From an uncultured delta proteobacterium (GTDB lineage: Bacteria; Myxococcota; Myxococcia; Myxococcales; Myxococcaceae), in assembly GCA_963776345.1 (NCBI GenBank), contig CAVZMH010000023.1, positions 1-49,170 of the forward strand: a stretch of 49,170 nt of DNA, given 5' to 3'. The position numbers and the translations under genes are program-made. Of the stretch, positions 34,458 through 44,334 are shown piece by piece; positions within the stretch are counted from its first letter, which is position 1, and each line of letters begins with the position of its first letter. The notes below the pieces were generated by a model. It was not told the DNA's origin, ran no database searches, and worked only from the letters and a program-made list of their open reading frames with translations.

Positions 34458-36656
34458 GTGTCCACGTCCGTGGAGCGCTGCAGGCGGATGCTGCTCGCGG
34501 TGTGCTGCTCGGTGCTCCCGGCCTGCCTCGACCTCGACTTGCCCAACGTGCCCGGGGACGGCGGCGTGGGCCCGACGCTGACCATCCACTCGCCCACGGA
34601 GGGGCAGACCATCTCCCTCAATGCGCCGGTGAGCGTGGACGCGATCTCGATCAACGGCGTCAGCTCGGTCACCGTGACCTGCGGCGGCGCGCCGAGCACC
34701 GGCGTGTTCACCTGGAACGTGCCGCCGTACACCGGCATCGTCGACTTCACCCGCTGCACGCTGGTGACCAGCGGCACCGCCGACTCGGGCGTGGGGCAGC
34801 TCCAGCTCACCTTCATCGGCGTGGACCAGCTGGGCAACGTGAGCACCAAGAGCCTCAACGTGCTCCTGGACACCACCACCGCGTCGCTCTTCGCTGCGCT
34901 GCCCGCGCGCGTGTATCCACTGGCGCCGGTGACGCTCACCGTGGGCAGCGACCGGCCGCTGCTCCTGCCCCCCACGGTGCGCCTCTCAGGGCGCGAGGCG
35001 GACGGCATCGTCCAGCGCGCCAATCCGGACGGCGGCGCGCCGCTGTACGACGTTACCTTCCTCGCGGCCCCGGGGCTGGGCATCGACAGCTACACCGGGG
35101 ATCCGTTCAACGTCCCCTTCGAGGTGCTGTCAGACGTCGAGAAGTCGATCGGCCTCACCGTCGACGCCCGGGCGACCAACGGGAACGCGAGCCACCTCGA
35201 GCAGGGGGTTCTCCTCAGCCGCGTCCTCTGGGACCGGGCCGTCCCCGGGCGCATCGCCCTGGCCGCCGCCGCGCCACCGGCGACCCCGCAGGGCATCCAG
35301 GTCGCCCTGGCCACGGTCGATCCCAACCCGACGACGAACCCCAACGTGGAGTGGCTCCCGGGATTCTTCCGGGCAGCGGACGGCACGTACGTCCCGTTCG
35401 ATCCGAGCAAGGTGGCCATCACCGTGCAGCCGTCGAGCGGCCCGATCATCAGCCCGGTGGGGCTCGTCGCCCCCTCGACCGGAGCGGCCCTGCGCGCCAT
35501 GGGCCCCTGGTCCGCCCAGGGAGTCGTGGTCATCGACGCGGGCACCGATGCGGGCACCGACGCCGGGGTCACCTTCCCCTTCCCCGTCGACGCCGGGTTC
35601 CTCGCCGTCGACTTCGACGCCCTCGGACGCACGGTGTTCCAGGGACCGGCCGTCCAGCGGCTGTCGCGGGTGACCATCAGCCTGGAGCAGCCGGTCGCGG
35701 GAACGGACGTGCGCCCGGGGACCGCCTACCTCCTGCCCGGGACGCTCACCAAGCCGCTCACCCGGGTGGACGACCTGGTCTGTCTGCCCGATCTCAACAC
35801 CAGCTCCGGAGGGGGGTGCGCCGCCGCCCCGGCGTCGCAGGCGGCGGTCTGCGTCTCGGCGCCGGACGGGGGCATCCTCTTCTCGCTCGGGACCAGCAAC
35901 ACCCTCGCGCTCGGCGCAGCCGATGCCGGTTCCACCGCAGGGTCGATCGGCGCGGCCCGCACCTACCTCGAGCCCAACGACGAGCCCTCGAGCTGCGGTC
36001 AGGCCTGGACCGTGTTCGGCCTCGCCAACAACCTGGCCGCCTTCCAGGACCGGGCCGATCCGGCGTTCGGCGGTGGGTTCTGCCGAGCCACCGGGGTGTC
36101 CCGGCTGCTGCCAGTCCCCGACGGCAGCTTCGTGGTGTCGGCCAGCGTGCAGTGCGGGGTGACGGCAGCGCTTCCGCCACAGTTCGTGGTGCTCCGCGTG
36201 GGCACCACCGGAACCATCCTCGGGAGCTACGTCTACAAGCAGGGCGTGGCCGGAAGCACCGAGCCCACGGTGCTCGCCACCCTCGACGACGGGTCCATCG
36301 TCACGCTCCGTAACGACCCGCCGAACACCACCTTCGAGCTCTGGGCGCTGAACGACTCGGCCCCCGCGGCCACGGCGCGCGTCCCGGGGCTCTACCTCTA
36401 CCGCCCGAATCCGGCCCGCCTCCCGAGGAGCGTGCAGGCCGGCGCGGACGGGAGCTTCAGCGTGCTGCTCAACAGCGCCTCGCTCGGTGACGTGGTCCTC
36501 CACGTCGGACCCGGGCTCCAGCCGAAGTGGATCTACCGCTATCCGCGGGTGGTGAACGTCGCCGGCCTCTCGACCCTCATCTCCGCGCCGGCGCTCGGGT
36601 CGGTCTACTACGTGGACCCGACCAACAACGACATCGTCGCGCTGAAGAGGTTCTGA
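34458..36656 (+). CDS. Lipoprotein, shorter paralogue of the upstream gene
   Basis: GGAGG RBS before GTG 34458; lipobox LPAC; long stretches identical to the upstream protein; DAGTDAGTDAG repeat. Confidence 0.8.
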   Translation: MSTSVERCRRMLLAVCCSVLPACLDLDLPNVPGDGGVGPTLTIHSPTEGQTISLNAPVSVDAISINGVSSVTVTCGGAPSTGVFTWNVPPYTGIVDFTRCTLVTSGTADSGVGQLQLTFIGVDQLGNVSTKSLNVLLDTTTASLFAALPARVYPLAPVTLTVGSDRPLLLPPTVRLSGREADGIVQRANPDGGAPLYDVTFLAAPGLGIDSYTGDPFNVPFEVLSDVEKSIGLTVDARATNGNASHLEQGVLLSRVLWDRAVPGRIALAAAAPPATPQGIQVALATVDPNPTTNPNVEWLPGFFRAADGTYVPFDPSKVAITVQPSSGPIISPVGLVAPSTGAALRAMGPWSAQGVVVIDAGTDAGTDAGVTFPFPVDAGFLAVDFDALGRTVFQGPAVQRLSRVTISLEQPVAGTDVRPGTAYLLPGTLTKPLTRVDDLVCLPDLNTSSGGGCAAAPASQAAVCVSAPDGGILFSLGTSNTLALGAADAGSTAGSIGAARTYLEPNDEPSSCGQAWTVFGLANNLAAFQDRADPAFGGGFCRATGVSRLLPVPDGSFVVSASVQCGVTAALPPQFVVLRVGTTGTILGSYVYKQGVAGSTEPTVLATLDDGSIVTLRNDPPNTTFELWALNDSAPAATARVPGLYLYRPNPARLPRSVQAGADGSFSVLLNSASLGDVVLHVGPGLQPKWIYRYPRVVNVAGLSTLISAPALGSVYYVDPTNNDIVALKRF

Positions 36657-36665
36657 GGAGGGGCT

Positions 36666-37460
36666 TCACTCCTTCGAGGTGTCCACCGGCGGCGAGCCGA
36701 TGGCGTGGCGGCCTCCGTCCACGTGCACCACCTCGCCGGTGGTGCCCGGGAACCAGTCGGAGAGGAGCGCCACCGCGGTGCGGGCCACCATCGGGTGGCG
36801 GTCGCGGGCGTTCCACCCCAGCGGGGCGGAGAGGCTCCAGGTGTCCGACAGCTGCTTGAACCCGGGAATCCCCTTGGCGGCGATGGTGATCAGCGGGCCG
36901 GAGGCCACCCCGTTCACCCGGATGTTCTTCGGTCCCAGGTCGCGCGCCAGGTAACGCACGACCGAGACCAGCGCGGCCTTGCACACGCCCATCCAGTCGT
37001 AGACCGGCCAGGCCTGGGTGCTGTTGTCGAAGTCCAGGGTGACGATGCTCCCGCCCTCGGTCATCACCGGGGCCACCGCCACCGCCAGCTCCTTCAGGGA
37101 GAAGGTCGAGACGCGGAAGGCGGTCCCGACGCTCTCCCAGGGGGTGTTGAGGAAGTTCCCTCCGAGCGCGTCCTCGGGCGCGTACGCCACCGCGTGCAGC
37201 ACGCCGTGGATGGGCTTTCCGGAGGCCTTCAGCGTCTCGGTGAGCCGGGCGAAGTGCTCGGCGTTGGTGACGTCCAGCTCCAGAACTTCGGGGACCGGGC
37301 TCAGCCGCTTCGCCGATCGTTCGGTCAGGGACATGCCGCGGCCGAACGAGGTGAGCACGACCTCGGCCCCCTCCGACTGGGCCAGCTCGGCGATGCCATA
37401 CGCCAGCGACTGGGGTGTGAGCACGCCGGTGATGAGCAGGCGCTTGCCTTGAAGCAACAT
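36666..37460 (-). CDS. fabI: Enoyl-ACP reductase (InhA/FabI type)
   Basis: LITGVLTPQSLAY and YDWMGVCKAAL (Y-x6-K) motifs. Confidence 0.9.
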   Translation of the reverse strand: MLLQGKRLLITGVLTPQSLAYGIAELAQSEGAEVVLTSFGRGMSLTERSAKRLSPVPEVLELDVTNAEHFARLTETLKASGKPIHGVLHAVAYAPEDALGGNFLNTPWESVGTAFRVSTFSLKELAVAVAPVMTEGGSIVTLDFDNSTQAWPVYDWMGVCKAALVSVVRYLARDLGPKNIRVNGVASGPLITIAAKGIPGFKQLSDTWSLSAPLGWNARDRHPMVARTAVALLSDWFPGTTGEVVHVDGGRHAIGSPPVDTSKE

Positions 37461-37637
37461 GGCGGCGGGGTCTACCAGAAGTCCCGGGGCGCCTGGCCCC
37501 GAAACCGACCGCTGGCGCGGCGCGTAGCTCTCCTAGCGTCACCCCTGCCCCCGAAGGTCCCCCTGTCGCCCTCGCTCTCCCTCCTCGCCCTGCTCGCCGC
37601 GGCGCCCACCCCGGGCCCAGGCTCCCCGGAGCCATCG

Positions 37638-39518
37638 ATGTCCATCCGTGCGCTCCTCGACCGAGGCCACCCGCGGGCCCCCGACCTGGACTGGGTGGGC
37701 AGCTGGCTCGGGACGGACCGGCCGCTGCTCCTGCGCGGCGCGCTGAAGGGCCGGGTGGTGCTGCTCGACTTCTGGACCTCCGGGTGCGTGAACTGCCTGC
37801 ACGCCCTCCCCGTGCTGCGGGCCGTGGAGGAGCGCTTCGCCGGCCAGGCGTTCCAGGTGGTGGGCATCCACTCCGGGAAGTTCGACGCCGAGAAGGAGGT
37901 CCAGGCCGTGGCCGAGGCGATGGCCCGTCACGGCATCGGGCACCCGGTCGGCACCGACTCCGACCTGGTGGTCTGGGACCAGTACGCCGTCCACGGCTGG
38001 CCGACCTCGGTGCTGGTGGATGCGCGGGGATACGCCGTCGCCTGGTTCCGCGGCGAGCCCGAGCTCGGACCGCTCACCCTGTGGATCCAGGCGGCGCTGG
38101 ACGACGGCCGGGCGCGCGGAGTCCTCGCCGGAGGTCCGCCCGAGTTCCAGCGTCCGCCGCTGCCCGACACCGGGCCGCTCGCCTTCCCCGGCAAGGTGCT
38201 CGCGCTCGCCGAGGGCGGGCTGGCGCTTGCCGACTCGGGGCACCACCGCGTGCTGATCGTCGACGGCGCCGGGCGGCTGGTGCGCACCGTCGGCTCGGGG
38301 CTCGAGGGCTTCGGGGACGGACCGCCGGACACCGCGTCCTTCCGCGCCCCGCAGGGTCTCGCCGAGCGCACGGGTGCGCTCTACGTCGCCGACACCGGGA
38401 ACCACGCCGTCCGCCGGGTGGACCTCGTCACGGGCCGAGTGGAGACCGTGGCCGGCACGGGCCACAAGGCCGAGGGAGCCATCCAGCCCGCGGCCGACGC
38501 GCGCACCGCCGCGCTCCGGAGCCCGTGGGACCTGGCGTTCCTCGGAGACAGGCTGTGGATCGCCATGGCGGGCGCGCACCAGCTCTGGCGGCTGGACGTG
38601 GCGACCGGCGCGCTGTCTTCCGGTGCGGGCAACGGTCGGGAAGGCCTCGATGACGGCCCGCTCGCCGAGGCCACCTTCGCCCAGCCCTCCGGGCTCGCCA
38701 CCGATGGCCAGGTGCTCTACGTCGCCGACAGCGAGGCCAGCGCCATCCGCCGCGTGGATCCGCGCGCGGGCACCGTGAAGACGCTCGCCGGCCAGGGGCT
38801 GTTCGAGTTCGGGTTGCGCGACGGCGCGCTGTCCAGGGCGCGCTTCCAGCATCCGCTCGGGCTCGCCCTCGTCGGCCCGGTGCTCTGGGTGTCGGACACC
38901 TTCAACGGGGCCGTGCGACGGGTCTCGCTGGCGGACGGCCAGGTGTCCACAGTGGCGCGCCGGCTCGCGCAGCCGGGAGGGCTCACCGCGGCCGGCAGCC
39001 GCCTCGTCGTGGCGGACACCGACCATCATCGCCTGGTGACCGTCGACGCGGCGACCGGCGCGCTCTCGCCGCTCGCGCTCACCGGGGTCACGCCTCCGTC
39101 GGTCCGGGGGCTCGTCGAGCGCCCGGTGCTGTCCACGCGGGCGTTGCCGGTGCAGCACCTCGAGGATGCGGCGGTCGCATCGAATGGCGCGTCGCTGGTG
39201 CTGGAGGTGCGTCTTCCGGAGGGGCACACCTTCACCGACGGAGCGCCACAGCGGGTGGAGCTGTCGGTCGGCGGGCGTCCGGCGCCCGTCCAGCTGGAGG
39301 CCGCCGGAGGCGTGCTCCGGGCCAAGGCGCCCGTTCCCCCGCTGGGAACGGCCTCCGACGCCGTCTACTCGGTGGCGCTCTTCTACTGCCGGGAGGGGCA
39401 CGGCTCGGTCTGTCTGGCAGACCGGCGGCGCCTGCTCACCCGCCTCTCCCCCGTGGACGGCGGTCCGGGCGGTGCCACCGTGCACTACCGACCCACACCG
39501 CCAAGCCCCGGTTCCTGA
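37638..39518 (+). CDS. Thioredoxin-like plus NHL-repeat protein (NHLRC2/SOQ1-like); true start may be upstream
   Basis: LLDFWTSGCVNC, GIHSGKF, repeated (Y)VAD(T/S)xNH/PxGL NHL motifs, C-terminal YC...C domain. Confidence 0.88.
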   Translation: MSIRALLDRGHPRAPDLDWVGSWLGTDRPLLLRGALKGRVVLLDFWTSGCVNCLHALPVLRAVEERFAGQAFQVVGIHSGKFDAEKEVQAVAEAMARHGIGHPVGTDSDLVVWDQYAVHGWPTSVLVDARGYAVAWFRGEPELGPLTLWIQAALDDGRARGVLAGGPPEFQRPPLPDTGPLAFPGKVLALAEGGLALADSGHHRVLIVDGAGRLVRTVGSGLEGFGDGPPDTASFRAPQGLAERTGALYVADTGNHAVRRVDLVTGRVETVAGTGHKAEGAIQPAADARTAALRSPWDLAFLGDRLWIAMAGAHQLWRLDVATGALSSGAGNGREGLDDGPLAEATFAQPSGLATDGQVLYVADSEASAIRRVDPRAGTVKTLAGQGLFEFGLRDGALSRARFQHPLGLALVGPVLWVSDTFNGAVRRVSLADGQVSTVARRLAQPGGLTAAGSRLVVADTDHHRLVTVDAATGALSPLALTGVTPPSVRGLVERPVLSTRALPVQHLEDAAVASNGASLVLEVRLPEGHTFTDGAPQRVELSVGGRPAPVQLEAAGGVLRAKAPVPPLGTASDAVYSVALFYCREGHGSVCLADRRRLLTRLSPVDGGPGGATVHYRPTPPSPGS

Positions 39519-39591
39519 GCCGTCTCGGGGGGGACAAAGTTCCGCCTGGCCGGTGGTTCGAGGTTAAAACCCCAAGGGCGAAGCCCCCCCA

Positions 39592-42510
39592 ATGGCGAAC
39601 CCCACGGATACGTTTCTCTCCGGGTCGAACATCGACTTCATCGAGGGCCTGTACGCCCGCTGGCTCGAGGACCCTGCCTCGGTCGACCCGAGCTGGCGCG
39701 AGCTCTTCTCCGGGACCAGCCCCGGCGGCCGTCCCCTGCTCGGGTCCACCGACGGACGGCCACGGCAGACGAATGGGCACCCGGCCACCAACGGGGCGGC
39801 CGTGTCGGCGAAGGGGGCGAACGGACACGGGGCCGCAGCGGCCATCGCGCCGGCCCGGGGCCAGGCGGTCACGGTCGGCGACTTGCCGGCGGCGCTGTCC
39901 GCGATGCAGCTCCAGGCCCGGGTGGACCAGACGCTCTACGCCTTCCGGCTGCGTGGCCACCTGCTCGCCCAGCTGGACCCGCTGGGGCGTCCGCGGCCAC
40001 GGATGAACCACATCGCAGATCTGGCCATGGCCAGCGACGCCGCGTTCAGCCCGGAGGAGCTGGAGCAGGTGGTGGACAGCTCGGAGGTCTTCCCCGACCG
40101 CAAGCGGGTGAAGCTCCGAGATCTCCTGGCCCGGCTCCGCCGCACCTACTGCGGGCACATCGGCGTCGAGTACATGGGCCTGCTCGACTCGGGGCGTCGC
40201 CGCTGGCTGATGCCGCGGATGGAGCACACCGAGAATCGCCTCGACCCGAGCACGGCGGAGCAGCGGCGGATTCTCGAAAAGCTCACCTACGCCGACACCT
40301 TCGAGGCCTTCATCCACACCAAGTACCAGGGCGCCAAGCGCTTCAGCGTGGACGGAGGCGAGTCGCTGCTCCCGATGCTCGACACCATGCTCGAGCTCGG
40401 CGGGGAGCTGGGGGTGGAAGAGGTGGTCATCGGCATGGCCCACCGCGGCCGGCTGAACGTCCTCACCAACGTCCTCGGGAAGAGCCCGGATCAGATCTTC
40501 AGCGAGTTCAACGGGCCGGTGGACCCGCGCAAGTTCATGGGCCGAGGCGACGTGAAGTACCACCTCGGCTTCTCCTCGGACGTCACCACCTCGGGCGGCA
40601 AGCGCATCCACCTGAGCCTGGCCTTCAACCCCAGTCATCTGGAATTCGTTCACCCGGTGGTGGAAGGCCGCGCGAGGGCCAAGCAGCAGCGGCTCGAAGG
40701 ACAGGACCGGCGCAAGGTGCTCCCGCTGGTCATCCACGGCGACGCGGCGATGGCCGGCCAGGGTGTGGTCGCCGAGACGCTGAACCTCGCGCGGCTGCGC
40801 GGCTACGACACCGGCGGCACCGTGCACCTGGTCATCAACAACCAGCTCGGCTACACCACCGACCCCGAGGACGGGCGCTCCAGCATCTACTGCACAGCCG
40901 TGGCGCAGATGCTGGACATTCCCATCTTCCACGTGAACGGGGACGACCCGGAGGCCTGCGTCCACGCGATGCGGCTGGCCACCGAGTACCGCCAGACCTT
41001 CCAGAGCGACGTGGTCATCGACCTGGTCTGCTTCCGGCGCTACGGCCACAACGAGGGCGACGAGCCGAGCTACACCCAGCCCTTGATGTACGAGGCGATC
41101 CGGCACCACCCGCCGGTGTCCGAGCTCTACGCCCGGACGCTCGCGGGCGACGGCCGGGTGAGCGCCGAGGACGCCGAGGCGATCCGCGAGACGTGCAAGC
41201 GCCACTTCCTCCAGGCCTACAACCTGGCGAAGGAGACTCCGCAGCTCCGCGAGCCCAGCGCGCACGAGGGTCTGTGGAAGGGCTTCCGCGGCGGGCCCGA
41301 GGAGGGCATCCCCGAGCCCGAGACCGGCGTGCCCCAGAAGACACTCGCCCCGCTGCTGGAGCACCTGGCGAAGGTCCCGCCCGGCTTCACCCCGCTTCGA
41401 CAGATGGGGAAGATCCTCGAGCGGCGCGCGGCGATGGCCCGCGGGGAGCTCCCGCTCGACTGGTCCGCCGGCGAGAACCTGGCCTACGCCACGCTGCTCG
41501 GCGCCGGGACGCACGTCCGGCTCACCGGGCAGGACACCGAGCGTGGAACGTTCGGCCACCGCAACGCGGTGCTGCACGACATGAAGACCGGCGCGACGTT
41601 CGTGCCGCTGCAGAACCTCGGCGCGGGCCAGGCGCGCTTCGAGGTCTACAACAGCCCGCTCTCGGAGACCGGGTGCATGGGCTTCGAGTTCGGCTACTCG
41701 CTGGACTACCCGGACGCGCTGGTGCTCTGGGAGGCGCAGTTCGGTGACTTCGCCAACGGCGCGCAGGTCATCATCGACCAGTTCATCGTCGCGGCCGAGG
41801 ACAAGTGGCGGCGGCTGAGCGGCCTCACCCTCCTGCTGCCGCACGGGTACGAGGGCGCGGGCCCCGAGCACTCCAGCGCGCGGCTGGAGCGGTTCCTCGC
41901 CATGTCGGCCGAGGACAACATCCAGGTCTGCTACCCCACCTCCAGCGCGCAGATCTTCCACCTGCTGCGGCGCCAGGCCATCCGGCCGTGGCGGAAGCCG
42001 CTGGTGGTGATGAGCCCCAAGAGCCTGCTCCGGCGCGAGGAGGCGGGGTCGCCGCTGTCCGCGTTCACCTCGGGCCGGTTCCAGCGGCTCATCTCGGACG
42101 CGCCGCCCGGTCGCGAGTCGAAGGTGACGCGGCTCCTCCTCTGCAGCGGGAAGGTGGCGTACGACCTGCTCACGGCGCGGGCGAAGGCCGGCGACGACTC
42201 GGTGGCCATCGTCCGGCTCGAGCAGCTGCACCCCTTCCCCGAGGCGCAGCTCCGGGCGGAGATCGCCCGGTACCCGGGGCTCGAGGAGCTGACCTGGGTC
42301 CAGGAGGAGCCGGAGAACATGGGCGCCTGGTCCTTCGTACTCCCCAGGCTGACCGGTCGTGTCTCGGCGAAGGGCCGGCCGCTTCCGCTGCGGTACGCCG
42401 GCCGGGAGGCGAGCGCGGGCCCCGCCACCGGATTCCAGAAGACCCACGAGCTGGAGCAGGTGCTCCTGGTCGACGCCGCACTGTCACGAGGGCACGCCGA
42501 TGGCCGTTGA
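39592..42510 (+). CDS. sucA: 2-oxoglutarate dehydrogenase E1
   Basis: [35 protein letters not shown] and PEHSSAR motifs. Confidence 0.96.
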   Translation: MANPTDTFLSGSNIDFIEGLYARWLEDPASVDPSWRELFSGTSPGGRPLLGSTDGRPRQTNGHPATNGAAVSAKGANGHGAAAAIAPARGQAVTVGDLPAALSAMQLQARVDQTLYAFRLRGHLLAQLDPLGRPRPRMNHIADLAMASDAAFSPEELEQVVDSSEVFPDRKRVKLRDLLARLRRTYCGHIGVEYMGLLDSGRRRWLMPRMEHTENRLDPSTAEQRRILEKLTYADTFEAFIHTKYQGAKRFSVDGGESLLPMLDTMLELGGELGVEEVVIGMAHRGRLNVLTNVLGKSPDQIFSEFNGPVDPRKFMGRGDVKYHLGFSSDVTTSGGKRIHLSLAFNPSHLEFVHPVVEGRARAKQQRLEGQDRRKVLPLVIHGDAAMAGQGVVAETLNLARLRGYDTGGTVHLVINNQLGYTTDPEDGRSSIYCTAVAQMLDIPIFHVNGDDPEACVHAMRLATEYRQTFQSDVVIDLVCFRRYGHNEGDEPSYTQPLMYEAIRHHPPVSELYARTLAGDGRVSAEDAEAIRETCKRHFLQAYNLAKETPQLREPSAHEGLWKGFRGGPEEGIPEPETGVPQKTLAPLLEHLAKVPPGFTPLRQMGKILERRAAMARGELPLDWSAGENLAYATLLGAGTHVRLTGQDTERGTFGHRNAVLHDMKTGATFVPLQNLGAGQARFEVYNSPLSETGCMGFEFGYSLDYPDALVLWEAQFGDFANGAQVIIDQFIVAAEDKWRRLSGLTLLLPHGYEGAGPEHSSARLERFLAMSAEDNIQVCYPTSSAQIFHLLRRQAIRPWRKPLVVMSPKSLLRREEAGSPLSAFTSGRFQRLISDAPPGRESKVTRLLLCSGKVAYDLLTARAKAGDDSVAIVRLEQLHPFPEAQLRAEIARYPGLEELTWVQEEPENMGAWSFVLPRLTGRVSAKGRPLPLRYAGREASAGPATGFQKTHELEQVLLVDAALSRGHADGR

Positions 42511-43789
42511 GCTCACCGTCCCTGCACTGGGCGAGTCCATCACCGAGGCGGTGGTGGGGAAGTGGCACAAGAAGGTCGGCGAGCCGGTGGCCGTCGACGA
42601 GCCGGTGGTGGTGCTGGAGACCGACAAGGTCACCATCGATGTGCCGGCGCCTGCCGCCGGGACCATCGCCGCCATCGCCCACAAGGAGGGCGACACTGTG
42701 AAGATCGGCGACGTGCTGGGGACCATCGCCGGCGGCGCCGCCGCCGCGGCCGGTGCGCCCGCGCCCGCCGCGACCCGTCCGGCGCCGCCGCCCGCGCCGG
42801 GCCCCGCCGAGGTCTCCCCTCCGCGGGCCCCGCCCGTGCCGGCGGCTCACGCGGCTCCCTCGCCGGACGCCACCCGCCAGGCCCCGATGACGCCGGTGGC
42901 GCGGGCGATCGCGGACGCCAACGGGCTCGACCCGGCCACCCTTCGCGGGAGCGGCGCGTCGGGCCGGGTGATGAAGGACGACGTGCTCACCGTGCTCGAG
43001 GGCGGGCGCGGTGGCGCCGCGGCGGCCCCCGCTCCCGCGGCTGCAGCGGCCCCGGCCCCGGTGGCCTTGCCCGCGCCACGCACGCCCGGCGCGCGGGAGG
43101 AGCGGGTGAAGATGACGCCGCTGCGCAAGCGCGTGGCGGAGCGCCTGCTGTCCGCCCAGAACAACGCCGCGATCCTGACCACCTTCAACGAGGTGGACAT
43201 GCACGGGGTGATGGCGCTCCGGAAGCAGTACGCCGAGAGGTTCCAGCAGCGCCACGGGGTGAAGCTCGGGTTCATGAGCTTCTTCGTCCGCGCCGCGGTG
43301 GACGCGCTCAAGGCGTTCCCGCTGGTGAACGCCTCCATCGAGGGGGACGAGGTGGTGCTCAAGCACTACTACGACATCGGAGTCGCGGTGTCCGGGAACC
43401 GCGGCCTGGTCGTCCCGGTGCTGCGCGACGCGGACACGCTGTCGATGGCGGAGATCGAGAAGCAGATCGCCGACCTCGGGCAGAAGGCGCGCTCGGACAA
43501 GCTGACCTTGGCGGACCTGCAGGGCGGGACGTTCAGCATCAGCAACGGCGGCATCTTCGGCTCGATGCTGAGCACGCCCATCCTGAATCCGCCGCAGACC
43601 GGCATCCTCGGGATGCACAACATCGTCGAGCGCCCGGTGGTGCGGGACGGGCAGATCGTCGTCCGCCCGGTGATGTACCTCGCCCTCAGCTACGACCACC
43701 GGCTGATCGACGGCCGCGAGGCGGTGCAGTTCCTCGTCCGCATCAAGGAGTGCATCGAGGACCCCGAGCGGCTGCTGCTCGAGGTCTGA
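42500..43789 (+). CDS. sucB: Dihydrolipoyllysine succinyltransferase E2
   Basis: Lipoyl motif ETDKV, Ala/Pro linkers, E3-binding domain, catalytic YDHRLIDG. Confidence 0.96.
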   Translation: MAVELTVPALGESITEAVVGKWHKKVGEPVAVDEPVVVLETDKVTIDVPAPAAGTIAAIAHKEGDTVKIGDVLGTIAGGAAAAAGAPAPAATRPAPPPAPGPAEVSPPRAPPVPAAHAAPSPDATRQAPMTPVARAIADANGLDPATLRGSGASGRVMKDDVLTVLEGGRGGAAAAPAPAAAAAPAPVALPAPRTPGAREERVKMTPLRKRVAERLLSAQNNAAILTTFNEVDMHGVMALRKQYAERFQQRHGVKLGFMSFFVRAAVDALKAFPLVNASIEGDEVVLKHYYDIGVAVSGNRGLVVPVLRDADTLSMAEIEKQIADLGQKARSDKLTLADLQGGTFSISNGGIFGSMLSTPILNPPQTGILGMHNIVERPVVRDGQIVVRPVMYLALSYDHRLIDGREAVQFLVRIKECIEDPERLLLEV

Positions 43790-43805
43790 GGCCCGCCGGG
43801 CCGGG

Positions 43806-43895
43806 CACCTCCTCGGAGGTGTCTCTGTCTGACACCTCTGCTCGACCTCGGAGGTGTTTGACACCACCGCGCGCCACCGCGCGGACACCACCGCG
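43806..43895. repeat. REP-like cluster downstream of sucB
   Basis: GAGGTGTC...GACACCTC hairpin; GGAGGTGTTTGACACC (reverse-complement 16-mer) at 43850-43865; CCACCGCG three times. Confidence 0.8.
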
Positions 43896-43955
43896 TGCCT
43901 CTCGGACGCCGCAGCGCGTCATCAAACACAGAGGCGTCCGGGATGACGGGAGTGC

Positions 43956-43984
43956 TTGCCACCTGGTTTGAGCCTGCGCAGAAT
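43956..43984 (+). promoter_or_regulatory. Candidate sigma70 promoter for the cold-shock gene
   Basis: TTGCCA-N17-CAGAAT in a locally AT-richer patch, about 80 bp upstream of the ATG. Confidence 0.45.
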
Positions 43985-44061
43985 TTTTGGCTGTCCTCCG
44001 CCCCAGGGAGAGGAGACCGCGCGGCGCTTCCTGCCGACGCGAGCACAGCAAAGCGAGACGC

Positions 44062-44265
44062 ATGGCCACCGGTACCGTGAAGTGGTTCAACGATGCGAAG
44101 GGCTTCGGCTTCATCACCCAGGACGGCGGAGGTGAGGACGTCTTCTGTCACCACACCGCGATCCAGAGCGAGGGCTTCCGTACCCTCGCCGAGGGTCAGA
44201 AGGTCCAGTTCGACGTGACCCGTGGCCCCAAGGGGCTGCAGGCCCAGAACGTCCGGCCCATCTAG
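44062..44265 (+). CDS. Cold-shock protein (CspA family)
   Basis: [18 protein letters not shown] (RNP1) and DVFCHH (RNP2); 67 aa. Confidence 0.96.
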   Translation: MATGTVKWFNDAKGFGFITQDGGGEDVFCHHTAIQSEGFRTLAEGQKVQFDVTRGPKGLQAQNVRPI

Positions 44266-44334
44266 GGCCACCTCAGCACCGCATCGTTGACGCGAGGCCC
44301 GGGCCCGACTCTCCGGCGGTCCCGGGCCTTCGTG

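Noticed and set aside
35535..35570. GACGCGGGCACC-type tandem repeat as a DNA element
   Set aside because: Encodes a DAGT low-complexity protein linker
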